64,000 nt of DNA from an uncultured Planctomycetales bacterium (GCA_964401335.1 CAYNYK010000009.1:1174-65173); one strand, 5' to 3'. Counted from the stretch's first letter, positions 19,787 to 30,336 are shown. Numbers and translations: made by a program. The notes: a model not told the origin generated them from the sequence alone.

Positions 19787-21166
19787 ATGAATGTCGATCG
19801 AGGGCATGTGGGTGTCTGGTATGTCGTGCTGATTTCCTTGGTGGCCGCGCTCGGCGGTCTGCTGTTCGGCTATGATACCGCGGTGATCTCCGGAGCGATT
19901 GGCTACGTCCAGCAGCGTTTCGAGCTAAACATCGATCAAAAAAGCTGGGCGGCCGCCTGCGCGCTGGTAGGCTGCATCGTTGGGGCGGCTCTGACCGGCC
20001 AATTGGCTGACCGGTTTGGCCGTAAGAAAGTCCTTCTGCTCTCGGCGGTGCTGTTCACCGTATCCGCCTGGTATTCGGCGGTGGCCAATGACCTGACGCA
20101 ACTGGTATGGGCCCGGATTCTCGGCGGTCTGGCGATTGGCATGGCTTCGATGACGTCGCCGCTTTATATCGCCGAGGTAGCCCCGCCGGCCATACGCGGC
20201 CGATTGGTTTCCTTGAATCAATTTGGCATTATCTTCGGTATGTTGGCGGTTTATTTTGCGAATGCCTGGATAGCATCATGGGGGAACGATGCCTGGAACG
20301 TCGCGACCGGTTGGCGGTGGATGTTCGGTTCCGAACTCATCCCGGCCGTCTTATTTTTAGTCCTGTTGTTTATGGTCCCCGAAAGTCCGCGGTGGCTGGC
20401 CAAGCAGGGGCGGGATGCGGAGGCACGGGCGGTGCTCGGGAAAGTGGGCGGAGCGGAGCATGCGGCCGCGGAAATGGAGGAAATCCGCGCTGCGTTGCTG
20501 CAGGAAGAAGGCACCTTGAGGCAACTGTTTTTCCCCGGAATCCGCAAGGCGCTGCTGGTGGGTGTAGGCCTGGCCATTCTTCAACAGGTTACGGGAATTA
20601 ATATCGTTCTGTACTTTGCCCCGGAGATTTTTAAAAAGACCGGCGTACTGTCCAGACAAGCCATCAGCGATACCGTATTTATCGGGATCGTCAATCTGGT
20701 TTTCACGGTGGTGGCAATCTGGGTGGTGGATAAAATCGGTCGTAAACCTCTGCTGATGATTGCATCGGCCGGGATGGGGATTTCGCTTTTCCTTTTGGGG
20801 ACGGCGTTTGTCTTCAAGCAATTCACGGGACCATGGATTCTGGTTTTTGTATTACTTTATGTCGCGTCCTTCGCGGTGGCCATGGGCCCGGTGGTCTGGG
20901 TGGTGATGTCCGAGATCTTCCCCACGAAAATACGCGGGCGGGCGATGTCCATCGCCACGGTTTGCCTGTGGATTGCCTGTTTTCTCGTATCCCGATATTT
21001 TCTGGTGCTTCTGGAACGACTGGGTGGTTATACGTTTTTCATCTACGCCGGCATGTGCGTGGTGTCTTTTATCTTCGTAGGTCTGGTGGTTCCCGAAACC
21101 AAAGGTAAATCGCTTGAAGAAATCGAAAGAAGTTGGCTGATCGGGCACAAGGGGATGAATGTATGA
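19787..21166 (+). CDS. Sugar porter family MFS transporter
   Basis: GGLLFGYDTAVISGA, DRFGRKK, PESPRWL, QQVTGIN, PETKGKSLEEIE. Confidence 0.95.
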   Translation: MNVDRGHVGVWYVVLISLVAALGGLLFGYDTAVISGAIGYVQQRFELNIDQKSWAAACALVGCIVGAALTGQLADRFGRKKVLLLSAVLFTVSAWYSAVANDLTQLVWARILGGLAIGMASMTSPLYIAEVAPPAIRGRLVSLNQFGIIFGMLAVYFANAWIASWGNDAWNVATGWRWMFGSELIPAVLFLVLLFMVPESPRWLAKQGRDAEARAVLGKVGGAEHAAAEMEEIRAALLQEEGTLRQLFFPGIRKALLVGVGLAILQQVTGINIVLYFAPEIFKKTGVLSRQAISDTVFIGIVNLVFTVVAIWVVDKIGRKPLLMIASAGMGISLFLLGTAFVFKQFTGPWILVFVLLYVASFAVAMGPVVWVVMSEIFPTKIRGRAMSIATVCLWIACFLVSRYFLVLLERLGGYTFFIYAGMCVVSFIFVGLVVPETKGKSLEEIERSWLIGHKGMNV

Positions 21167-22425
21167 ACAGCAAAGAACGCGTGATGGCCGCCCTCGAACA
21201 TCGTCAGGGCGATGCCGTACCGATGGATTTCGGCAGCACGGCGGTTACGGGCATGCACGTTCGATGTGTTGCCGCACTACGGAAACATTACGGGTTGCCG
21301 TCTCAGCCTGTCAAAGTCATTGAACCGTATCAGATGCTCGGCGAAGTGGATGAGGATTTGAAGCGGGCGATGGGCGTGGACACCGACAGCGTTTCACCGC
21401 TCACGACGCTCTTCGGCTTTGCCAACGAAAACTGGAAAACCTGGAAAGCACCTTTCGGCCTGGAAGTGCTCGTTCCCGATAAGTTCGTGACCACGGTCGA
21501 TGCCGCGAAGCGCACTTATATTTATCCGCAAGGCGATAAGAACGCGCCGCCCAGCGGGATGATGCCCGAGGGCGGGTACTTCTTCGATACCCTTGTGCGC
21601 CAAGAGCCGATCGACGAAAGCAAACTCGACCCGCGGGACAATCTCGAGGAATTCGGGCCGCTATCCGATGGCGAGCTTGCTTATTTTCGGGACCAGGCCC
21701 GCCGGCTTGCATCATCCGAAAGAGCGGTGGTGGCCACCTTCGGCGGTCTGGCGTTCGGGGATATCGCCTTGGTCCCCGCGCCCTTCCTCAAATATCCCAA
21801 GGGGATTCGCGACATTACCGAATGGTATATCACCACGGCCAGTCGGAAAGAGTACGTCCATGCGATTTTCTCCGGACAATGCGAAATCGCCCTGGCCAAT
21901 CTGCCCCGCATTTACGAGGCGGTCGGCGATACGGTGAACGTGGTCTTTATCTGCGGGACCGATTTCGGCACGCAGACATCCGCCTTCTGCTCCGTGGAAA
22001 CATACCGCGAGTTGTATCACCCTTATTACAAGCGAATTAATGACTGGATCCATCAGCACACGCCCTGGAAGACTTTCAAGCATTCCTGCGGCGCCGTCGA
22101 GAAGTTTATCGAGCCATTCATCGAGTCCGGTTTCGATATCCTCAATCCGGTGCAATGTTCCGCGACCGGCATGGACCCCCGGCACCTCAAGAAAACCTAC
22201 GGCGACCGGATCGTCTTCTGGGGGGGAGGGGTGGACACGCAAAAGACGCTTCCCTTCGGAACGCCCGCCGAGGTCCGTGAGCAGGTTCTGGAACGCTGCG
22301 ATATATTGGCCCGCGACGGCGGCTTTGTATTCAATGCGATTCACAACGTGCAGGCCAATACCCCGTTGCAAAACATCGTGGCTATGATCGAAGCGGTCAA
22401 GGAATTCAACGGCCGGAAATCCTGA
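21163..22425 (+). CDS. URO-D / MtaA-like cobalamin methyltransferase family protein
   Basis: MNSKERVMAALEH, DFGTQ, FKHSCG, FWGGGVDTQ..LPFGTPAEVRE; ATGA overlap with the porter stop. Confidence 0.85.
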   Translation: MNSKERVMAALEHRQGDAVPMDFGSTAVTGMHVRCVAALRKHYGLPSQPVKVIEPYQMLGEVDEDLKRAMGVDTDSVSPLTTLFGFANENWKTWKAPFGLEVLVPDKFVTTVDAAKRTYIYPQGDKNAPPSGMMPEGGYFFDTLVRQEPIDESKLDPRDNLEEFGPLSDGELAYFRDQARRLASSERAVVATFGGLAFGDIALVPAPFLKYPKGIRDITEWYITTASRKEYVHAIFSGQCEIALANLPRIYEAVGDTVNVVFICGTDFGTQTSAFCSVETYRELYHPYYKRINDWIHQHTPWKTFKHSCGAVEKFIEPFIESGFDILNPVQCSATGMDPRHLKKTYGDRIVFWGGGVDTQKTLPFGTPAEVREQVLERCDILARDGGFVFNAIHNVQANTPLQNIVAMIEAVKEFNGRKS

Positions 22426-22519
22426 AGGCACAGGCATAAGGAAGTTGTTCCGTTTTCATGAATACGATAAGCTGTAAGTGATTGGTTTGCGGCCCTTTTC
22501 ATGGAACGGACGATTGCTC

Positions 22520-22834
22520 ATGACCAGAGATGAACTGCTGAAGGAGGTCAAACTTCGCCTTATGGCCAGGCACGGCGGTCGTCTGCGCGGGGTAATCCTT
22601 TATGGGTCCGAGGCCCGTGGGGAATCGGGACCGGACAGTGATATTGATCTGCTTGTGTTGCTGGACGATCAGGTCGATTACGGCCGTGATTTGGAAGCCA
22701 ATCTTGAGGCCCTCTATCCTCTGGCCTTGCGCATTGGTCGGCGAATCAGTGCCAAACCGGCCAGTGCACGGCAATATGAAACGACAGAATGTCCCCTTTA
22801 CCGGATCGTTCATCGACAGGGGGTGCTCGTATGA
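22520..22834 (+). CDS. Minimal nucleotidyltransferase (MNT) antitoxin
   Basis: VILYGSEARGE...DSDIDLLV motif, ~104 aa. Confidence 0.9.
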   Translation: MTRDELLKEVKLRLMARHGGRLRGVILYGSEARGESGPDSDIDLLVLLDDQVDYGRDLEANLEALYPLALRIGRRISAKPASARQYETTECPLYRIVHRQGVLV

Positions 22835-22902
22835 ACGAATTCGCGGCGGTCGAATGGCAGCGGGCCGAACTTGCGTGGGAGTCCGCACGACTGTTGGCAA
22901 TG
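22831..22902 (+). pseudogene. Truncated HEPN-domain toxin (first helix only)
   Basis: ATG overlaps the MNT stop (ATGA); MNEFAAVEWQRAELAWESARLL resembles a HEPN first helix; then runs into a REP and the convergent RND gene with no Rx4-6H motif. Confidence 0.6.
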
Positions 22903-22908
22903 GCGTAC

Positions 22909-22928
22909 CGTGCAATAGCACGCCCTAC
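22909..22928 (-). repeat. GTAG-type REP-like hairpin
   Basis: Minus strand GTAGGG-CGTGC-TATT-GCACG; its TAG is the stop codon of the RND permease. Confidence 0.5.
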
Positions 22929-25900
22929 GGTTGTGGGCTTTTCCGCGAGGCGCGCCAATCCGCGAGGGCTTGCAGGACGTAGTAGAAGACCGGGGTCAGG
23001 AAGATGCCGCAAAAGGTGACGCCCAACATGCCCGCGAAGACGGCCGTACCCAGTGTGCGGCGCATTTCCGCGCCCGCGCCGGAGGTCAGCACCAGCGGCA
23101 GGACGCCGAGGATGAAGGCGAACGAAGTCATCATGATCGGACGCAGCCGAAGCTTGGAGGCCTCCACCGCCGCCTGGAAACGCGGCAGGCCGTGATCCTG
23201 TTGCTGCTGTTTGGCGAACTCGACGATCAGTACCGCGTTCTTGCAGGCCAGACCGATCAGCACCACGAAACCGATCTGGGTGAAGAGGTTATTCTCCATC
23301 CCGCCGAGCCAGACCCCCAGCAGGGCGAACGAAATACTCAGCGGGGCGATCAGGATAATCGCCAGCGGCAGCAGCCAGCTCTCGTATTCCGCCGAGTGGA
23401 CCAGAAAAACGAACAACACGCACAACGGGAAAATATACAGGGCGGTATTGCCCGCCAGCTTTTGCATGAAGGTCAGTTCCGTCCATTCGGCGGCCATCGA
23501 CGACGGTAATTCCTTCGCGGCGAGATCTTCCATGATGCTGATGGCCTGACCGGAGCTTACGCCCGGCGCGGTGTTGCCGTTGATCGCCGCCGCCGGATAC
23601 ATGTTGTAACGGTTGATCATCACCGGCCCGCTGATTTCCTCGACCTTGGCGACCGATCCGAGCGGGACCATGTCGCCGTTCGCATTGCGGACCTGCAAGC
23701 GCCGAACATCCTCCGGATGGCCGCGGAACGCGGAGTCGGCCTGCACGTTCACCTGCCAGGTGCGCCCGAATTGATTGAAATCGTTGACGTAGTAGCTGCC
23801 CAGGTTCGCCTGTAACGTGTTGAACACGCTGTTAAGAGCGACGCCCATCGTCTTGCACTTGGTCCGATCGATATCCACGTAGAGTTGCGGAGTGTTCGCC
23901 CGGAAGAGGGTGAACACGCCGACGAGGTCCGGTTGCGCGTTGGCCTTGGCCGCCAGATTCTCCGTCTGGCCTTGCAGCATGACCAGGCCGTTATCGCCCC
24001 GATCCTCAACCATGATCTTGAAACCACCGGCGTTGCCCAGGCCGTCCACCGGCGGGGCGCCGAAAACCGCTACGGCCGCCTCCTGCACCTCCTGGTAAAA
24101 CGTCCGCCTCAGCTTCATGGCGATCACATCGGCGTACAGGTTCGCATCATGCCTTTCCTCAAAGCTGTCCAGAATCACGAACATCGAGCCGAAATTCGAG
24201 CCATTGGCGTTCATCAGGAACGACTGGCCGGCGATGGTCACGGTATGGGCCACGCCGGGTTTTAACCCCCGGGCCATCCGCTCCACGCGGGCCATCACTT
24301 CCTGAGTGCGCTCCAGAGAGGCCGAATCAGGCAATTGCACATTGACCACCAGGTAACCCTTGTCTTGCGACGGGACAAAACCGGTCGGCACCGTGATCAA
24401 TCCGTAATACGTGGCGTAAAGCAGTCCGCCAAACACCAGCAAGGCCACCACCGAGCCGCGGATACACAGTCGTACCACCGCGCCGTACCCGTGAATGGTC
24501 CAGCCGAACACCTTGTTAAACCCCTTGAAGAACCAGCCGAGAATCACGTCGAGTAAGCGGGTAAGCAAATCTTTCTTTTCGCTATGCGGCTTGAGCAGCA
24601 GGGCGGCTAGGGCCGGGCTAAGGGTCAGTGAATTGAAGGCCGAGATCAGCGTGGCCGTGGCGATGGTCAGTGCGAATTGGCGGAAGAATTGTCCGGTGAT
24701 CCCGGAGATGAACGCCGTCGGAATGAAAACCGCGCTGAGTCCGAAAGCGATGGCGATGACCGCGACGGTTACTTCCTCCATCGACTTGTAAGCGGCCTCA
24801 CGGGGTGTCAACCCCTGGGCGATCCAGCGTTCGACATTCTCCACAACCACGATGGCATCATCGACCACGATGCCGATAGCCAAGACCAGGCCGAACAGCG
24901 ACAGGTTGTTGAGGCTGAAACCCAGCAAGGCCATCACCGCGAAGGTGCCGACCAGCGAAACAGGGACGGCGATCAGCGGGATCAACGTTGAACGCCAGTT
25001 CTGCAGAAAGACCAACACCACGATCGCCACGAGAATAAAAGCGTCTCGTAGGGCCTTAACCACCTCGATTATCGATTCATGGATGAACGGCGTCGTGTCA
25101 TACACGATCGCGTAATCGATTCCTTCGGGAAATCGTTGACGCAACTCTTTCATCTTGTTCTGGACGCGCTCCGAAGTATCCAGGGCGTTGGAGCCCGGTA
25201 ACTGGAAAATCGCCAGACCGGCGCTGGGTTGGCCGTCGAGCCAGCAGCTCTGGTCCTGGCTCTTGGCCCCCAGTTCGATGCGGGCCACGTCGCGCAGCCG
25301 GGCGATCTGACCGGCCGAACCCGTCTTGATAATGATGTCCGCGAATTGTTCCGGGTCCGTCAAGCGCCCGAGGGTGCTCATGGTGTACTGAAAATCCTGG
25401 CCACGCCGCATCGGCGGCTGGCCGATCTGACCGGCCGCCACCTGCACGTTCTGTTCGCGCAGGGCGGACACCACGTCGTCGGAGGTCAGGTTGCGCGAGG
25501 CCAGTTTCTCCGGGTCCAGCCAGACGCGCATGCTGTAATCCTGCTGGCCGAGGAAGGACACGTCTCCCACGCCCTCCAGCCGGGCCAGTTCATCCTTGAT
25601 CTGGATCGTCGCGTAGTTGCTCAGGTAAAGCTGGTCGTACCGGTTGTCCGGCGAAAAAAGATTGACCACCAGCATGATGTTGGGTGATTTCTTTTTGGTG
25701 GTGACGCCGGTCTGCTTGACCACGTCGGGCAGCGTCGGCGTAGCCATCGCGACCCGGTTCTGCACGAGCACCTGGGCCATGTCCAGGTTGGTGCCGAGCT
25801 TGAAAGTCACGGTCAGGTTATACGCGCCGTCGTTCGTGCATTGCGACGACATGTACAGCATGTTTTCCACGCCGTTGACTTGCTGCTCGATCGGGGCGGC

Positions 25901-26086
25901 CACGGTCTCGGCCACGACTTTCGCGCTGGCCCCGGGATAATTGCAGAAAACCTGGACGGTCGGCGGGGTGATCTCCGGGTACTGGGCCACCGGCAGCGTC
26001 AGCAACGCCGTGCCGCCGGCAATGGTCAGCACGATCGAGAGGACCGCGGCGAAAATCGGCCGATCGATAAAGAAACGTGAAATCAC
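22925..26086 (-). CDS. RND efflux permease (HAE1/AcrB family)
   Basis: FFIDRPIFA, QYPEITPP, GIVVDDAIVVVENV, RLRPIMMTS. Confidence 0.97.
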   Translation of the reverse strand: MISRFFIDRPIFAAVLSIVLTIAGGTALLTLPVAQYPEITPPTVQVFCNYPGASAKVVAETVAAPIEQQVNGVENMLYMSSQCTNDGAYNLTVTFKLGTNLDMAQVLVQNRVAMATPTLPDVVKQTGVTTKKKSPNIMLVVNLFSPDNRYDQLYLSNYATIQIKDELARLEGVGDVSFLGQQDYSMRVWLDPEKLASRNLTSDDVVSALREQNVQVAAGQIGQPPMRRGQDFQYTMSTLGRLTDPEQFADIIIKTGSAGQIARLRDVARIELGAKSQDQSCWLDGQPSAGLAIFQLPGSNALDTSERVQNKMKELRQRFPEGIDYAIVYDTTPFIHESIIEVVKALRDAFILVAIVVLVFLQNWRSTLIPLIAVPVSLVGTFAVMALLGFSLNNLSLFGLVLAIGIVVDDAIVVVENVERWIAQGLTPREAAYKSMEEVTVAVIAIAFGLSAVFIPTAFISGITGQFFRQFALTIATATLISAFNSLTLSPALAALLLKPHSEKKDLLTRLLDVILGWFFKGFNKVFGWTIHGYGAVVRLCIRGSVVALLVFGGLLYATYYGLITVPTGFVPSQDKGYLVVNVQLPDSASLERTQEVMARVERMARGLKPGVAHTVTIAGQSFLMNANGSNFGSMFVILDSFEERHDANLYADVIAMKLRRTFYQEVQEAAVAVFGAPPVDGLGNAGGFKIMVEDRGDNGLVMLQGQTENLAAKANAQPDLVGVFTLFRANTPQLYVDIDRTKCKTMGVALNSVFNTLQANLGSYYVNDFNQFGRTWQVNVQADSAFRGHPEDVRRLQVRNANGDMVPLGSVAKVEEISGPVMINRYNMYPAAAINGNTAPGVSSGQAISIMEDLAAKELPSSMAAEWTELTFMQKLAGNTALYIFPLCVLFVFLVHSAEYESWLLPLAIILIAPLSISFALLGVWLGGMENNLFTQIGFVVLIGLACKNAVLIVEFAKQQQQDHGLPRFQAAVEASKLRLRPIMMTSFAFILGVLPLVLTSGAGAEMRRTLGTAVFAGMLGVTFCGIFLTPVFYYVLQALADWRASRKSPQP

Positions 26087-26099
26087 AAAGCGACCCCCC

Positions 26100-27287
26100 T
26101 CAATGTCCGGGCCGGGTGGCCGACGCTGCCGCCGTCCCGGTCGCTTTGAAGGTATTCATGTCCACCCGCTGCGGCGAAACCTTGACCCCCGGACGCACGC
26201 GCTGCAAGCCGTTGACGATTACCTGTTCGTTCGCATTCAGTCCGTTGACGATGACCCGCAACCCTTGCTCCAGCGCACCGGTCTGTACCCGGCGATATTC
26301 CACCACCTGCTGCTCATTGACGACCAAAACGTATCTTTGCCCCTGATCCAGCCCCAGGGCCCGTTCCGAAACCATTAACGCCTTGCGTGGCTGGCTGACA
26401 GGCACGCGAATCCGCGCGAACAGCCCCGGCGTCAGCAACCCATCCGGGTTGGGAAAGACCGCTCGGGCCTGCAAAGTACCCGTACTTGGATCCAGTTGCG
26501 GATCGGAAGAATCAACGACACCTTGATGGGCATATTCCTTTTCGTCGGCCAGGGCGAGGAAAACCGGCGGTTTCTGCACATTCGGCTGGGTTGTGGTAGG
26601 ACGACGCGGATACTGACGCAGTAAGGCCAACAGATCTAATTCGCTGACCGTGAAATAGGCGTAAACCGAATCGTCGTTCACGATGGTGGCCAGCAGCGTG
26701 CTATCCCCGGCCCCGACGAGATTGCCAACGTCCACCAGATTCCGGCTGATCCGACCGCTGGTCGGCGCTTTCACCTGGGTATAATCCAGGTTTAATTGGG
26801 CCTCTACGACCGCCGCCTCGGCCCCGGCGACGCCGGCCAATGCCGAGTTACGGTTGGCGACGGCCGAGTTGTATTCGTATTCGGCCGCGTCACCTTGCTC
26901 GTACAACTTTTTCAGTCGGTTATAGTCGAATTCCGCCAATTGCAGGGCCGCCTGCCGGCTCTTGAGCTCAGCCTTGGCCCTGTCCAGCGATGCCTGGAAT
27001 GGCTTTGGATCAATGACAAACAGCAGATCGTCCTTGTTCACCCGGGCTCCGGCCGTAAAGTGGATGCTCTCCAGAAAACCCTTCACCCGGGCGCGAAGCT
27101 GCACGGACTCCAAAGCGGCCGTGTTCCCCGTAAAATCAAGGTAATCCGTAATCTCTTGTTCCAAAGGGACGGCCACACTGACCACCGGCGGCGGCGGTTC
27201 CGCGACCCTCGGCGGTGGAGGTTTGCACCCTTCGAGGAAGCACCCACTCACCAGAACGATCACCCCAAAACGATTGATCGATGACAT
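26100..27287 (-). CDS. RND efflux periplasmic adaptor (MFP)
   Basis: Lipobox LEGC, LRARVKGFL, IDPKPF, LDYTQVKAPTSGRISR, NGLQRVRPG. Confidence 0.95.
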   Translation of the reverse strand: MSSINRFGVIVLVSGCFLEGCKPPPPRVAEPPPPVVSVAVPLEQEITDYLDFTGNTAALESVQLRARVKGFLESIHFTAGARVNKDDLLFVIDPKPFQASLDRAKAELKSRQAALQLAEFDYNRLKKLYEQGDAAEYEYNSAVANRNSALAGVAGAEAAVVEAQLNLDYTQVKAPTSGRISRNLVDVGNLVGAGDSTLLATIVNDDSVYAYFTVSELDLLALLRQYPRRPTTTQPNVQKPPVFLALADEKEYAHQGVVDSSDPQLDPSTGTLQARAVFPNPDGLLTPGLFARIRVPVSQPRKALMVSERALGLDQGQRYVLVVNEQQVVEYRRVQTGALEQGLRVIVNGLNANEQVIVNGLQRVRPGVKVSPQRVDMNTFKATGTAAASATRPGH

Positions 27288-27399
27288 GTACTCATCCTCT
27301 ATAGACATTCCTGAAGGTGGATATCATAGCCGGGAGACTTTCGCCAGACAATCACCCATGTGGATTGCGCCTATGATTGATGGTTAACCAAATTTTTCG

Positions 27400-30336
27400 T
27401 TAATGGTGATTGGTTACATCGATCTCCCGCGCCGGAGTGTTACCGATGGCAACCTGGTGCTTGCCGAAAATATACATTGGGTCGGATTCGACCAGCCACA
27501 AGGCGATTTTGATATCATGCGGGATGAGCGTGAATTCAACCGTTTTTCGCTCGCCCGGGGCCAGGCGGACCCATTGAGTATACGGTTCGTGACCGTCAAA
27601 AAGCAGACCCACGCGGGCCGGTCCGTTTCGTTGGCCGGTGTTCGTGACGGTGGCCGAGATGATGCACTTCTCGAACAAGCCGACTTGCGTTCGCGTTACC
27701 TGTAAGTCGCCGAACTGCAAGTCCTCCATCGGAATGGGGTATTCGATCCGAAAATCGCGCCACTCGCTCCGGCTTGTTATCTGTTCGTTGTTATACGCAT
27801 ACGCGAAGAGACCCACGTCCTGGGCCGGGGCCGCGGACGCAATTCGGAAAGTGCCTCCGCCGGCCAGCTCGAAATCGCCGTGCCCGTGCAGGGCGCGGTG
27901 CCACAACCAACCGTTCATGCTCGTATAACCGGTGAATTGATCGCCGCGCTTTTCGATCATAAACCACATGGGGTAGCCGCCATAGGCGGCCCTTTCGAGG
28001 TCACACCGTCCGTCGCCATCGGAGTCGGCGTTCCAGGACGGCGCTCCGCCGTAGATCGGCCGCACGAACAGGATGGCCAACCCCGGCGATAGACTGTCCG
28101 GCTTGGCGATATCGTTACGAACAATCAGACCGGCGGCGGCCAGCCGATGGGTCTTCTCCTGGCGGAGCAGATGGGCATGTACGACGAAATCGCCTTGCAC
28201 GTCCCGCACGAACATGGCGCTGTGATCACCGTTGCAGAACCGGTCCCCCTCGCGGCCGCCCGCTTCCAGGATGATCGTCTCACCCGACCGTGTAAAGGTG
28301 GCCGTATTGTTGGTAAACGTGGCGAAAGGCCAGGGCGCAAGATCGCCGACCTCGAGCGTGCGCTGGCCGACCTCGGTAAAACAGTGTTCGAGCGTGACGC
28401 GCTGCTCCTCACCGGGGTCCAGCGTTATCCGCTTTGATGTGACCGGCCGATCGTTCGCCAGCAGGCGCACTTCCTCTTCGCCACGTTGCCCCCCGACGTT
28501 TTTTACCGTCACCGTTACCGTCGTCCGCTCGCCGGGGACGGCCGGGGCCTGCACTTCCATAGGCTCGCTATACGCAAATTGTGCCGGCCCGGTCTGGACG
28601 ACGGCTTTCTGCTTCAACGTCCCGATCCGTAAGTTATATTCCTTCGGCACGTGGCACGGCGCGGAAGCCAGGGTGATGGTGCGGCTTTCGTCGGATTCCA
28701 GCCAGAGCCATTGGGCATCGTCGAGCCGCTCATCGACTTGCATATCCGCGCGATAAAACCCCGGTCCACCCTCGTTGGTTACGGTCATCTTTGCCTCAAA
28801 GCGTTCGTTGGGGCGTATCGTGTCGGACACGGACAACTCGGCGCAACGGACTTTGTCGGCTGATGGGTACACTTCCGTCCTGGCCATCTCCTTCGGGGCG
28901 ATCAGCGGCGTTTGGGCCTGCCGCACATCACAGTTGAGCATCCGGACACCGTTCGTTTGTTCGCCGGTCGCCTGAACGTATGTATCAACCGGCGGGGCAA
29001 TGGAGTTGATGATCGACAAGCCTTGCAGGTCATGGGCAGAAATCGCCGCCGCTTTCCCGCTCAACCCTTCGAGTTCGAGCATCGTGCAGGTCAGTTTTTC
29101 TCCCGCCGTGCAGGCTATGGCGGTATCCACCGCTCCAGAAAAATCCATCCGAACATCATTCAACGTGACCCCGTCCACATGCCGCAGATCCAGCCAGTAA
29201 GGTCGCGGCTCGCCGGTGTAACGGATGCGAACATTGTTGAGGCTGACGTTTCGCACCGGGGCGTTCGGCAGCCCGTGGATAAACGAAGGTTGATACACAT
29301 CGTCGGCCACCATGTGGTTGATGAACAGGTTACGGATGGTCGGTTCCAGCACATCCATGGACGTGATGTCGAAAACCTTGCCCACGTTGCGGGTCACGAT
29401 GTTGGACATGAAGACGTTCTCGATCTGTCGATAATTCTCGCCCGGTTTGTTCGGACGCATGAGCTGGATGGCGAACATCGTCCCTACGTTTTCAAAAACG
29501 CAGTTGTCAACCAGGATGTTGCTGAACACGCCGGCCGTCCCCGTGCCGAACTTGATCGCCGGGTGCGAGGTGTTGCGCACGATCGTGTTGGTGATCCGGA
29601 TGTCCCGGGTCAGGTATTCACCTTCCGTGACTGTCCCCTCAAGATCTTCATTTTTCAGGGTAATCGCGTCATCGCCCGATCCCTCAATGAGCACTCCGTC
29701 GTACAGCACGTCCTGGCAGCAGACCGGATTGATCCCGTCGGCGAAACTGTCGATGCAGGCCACGCGGATGAGGTCCACATTGCGGCATTTGAAGAAAGTG
29801 ATCGACCAGCTCGGCGAGTTGGCCACGGTGATATCCCGCAGCATGACCTCCCGCGAATGTTCAAAAAGCACGGAGAACGGACCGCGGCTGCCCTGGTTAA
29901 GCGCCAGGTTCCCGTCTATTTTTCCCCCGCCGGTAAGGGTTACATTCTCGACGCGATGTCCATAGAGGAAAACCAGGCTTCGTCGCGCATTGGACTGTCC
30001 CGCCGGAACCGTCGGCCGCGCGTAATCCTCCATCCGCTTGCTTTGCAGCAACGTCGCTCCCGGCTCCACGTTTAGCGTGATATGGCTTTTCAGGAAAATC
30101 GTGCCGGCCAGATAGCTTCCCGGTGACAGGTTGACCGTCCCCCCGCCCGCCGCGGCGGCCGCATCGATGGCTTTTTGAATCGCCGTTGTGTCCAACGTCT
30201 CACCGTCGCCGACGGCACCGTATTGCCGAACGTCGTAGACCTGCTTCTCGGTTTGAGCCAGAGTTGACGTGGATAACCCGACCCACAAACCGAGCACCAT
30301 CGCCACTTGTATTCGGATTAATCGTTGCATTCGCAT
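27400..30336 (-). CDS. Secreted GH28-like beta-helix protein with CARDB-like and ConA-like modules
   Basis: DVRQYGAVGDG..LDT.AIQKAID, TIFLKSHITL, DGINP, GDDAITLK; repeated VTVKNVG..G.EEV.L (CARDB-like); AAAGLIVR (ConA-like). Confidence 0.8.
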   Translation of the reverse strand: MRMQRLIRIQVAMVLGLWVGLSTSTLAQTEKQVYDVRQYGAVGDGETLDTTAIQKAIDAAAAAGGGTVNLSPGSYLAGTIFLKSHITLNVEPGATLLQSKRMEDYARPTVPAGQSNARRSLVFLYGHRVENVTLTGGGKIDGNLALNQGSRGPFSVLFEHSREVMLRDITVANSPSWSITFFKCRNVDLIRVACIDSFADGINPVCCQDVLYDGVLIEGSGDDAITLKNEDLEGTVTEGEYLTRDIRITNTIVRNTSHPAIKFGTGTAGVFSNILVDNCVFENVGTMFAIQLMRPNKPGENYRQIENVFMSNIVTRNVGKVFDITSMDVLEPTIRNLFINHMVADDVYQPSFIHGLPNAPVRNVSLNNVRIRYTGEPRPYWLDLRHVDGVTLNDVRMDFSGAVDTAIACTAGEKLTCTMLELEGLSGKAAAISAHDLQGLSIINSIAPPVDTYVQATGEQTNGVRMLNCDVRQAQTPLIAPKEMARTEVYPSADKVRCAELSVSDTIRPNERFEAKMTVTNEGGPGFYRADMQVDERLDDAQWLWLESDESRTITLASAPCHVPKEYNLRIGTLKQKAVVQTGPAQFAYSEPMEVQAPAVPGERTTVTVTVKNVGGQRGEEEVRLLANDRPVTSKRITLDPGEEQRVTLEHCFTEVGQRTLEVGDLAPWPFATFTNNTATFTRSGETIILEAGGREGDRFCNGDHSAMFVRDVQGDFVVHAHLLRQEKTHRLAAAGLIVRNDIAKPDSLSPGLAILFVRPIYGGAPSWNADSDGDGRCDLERAAYGGYPMWFMIEKRGDQFTGYTSMNGWLWHRALHGHGDFELAGGGTFRIASAAPAQDVGLFAYAYNNEQITSRSEWRDFRIEYPIPMEDLQFGDLQVTRTQVGLFEKCIISATVTNTGQRNGPARVGLLFDGHEPYTQWVRLAPGERKTVEFTLIPHDIKIALWLVESDPMYIFGKHQVAIGNTPAREIDVTNHH

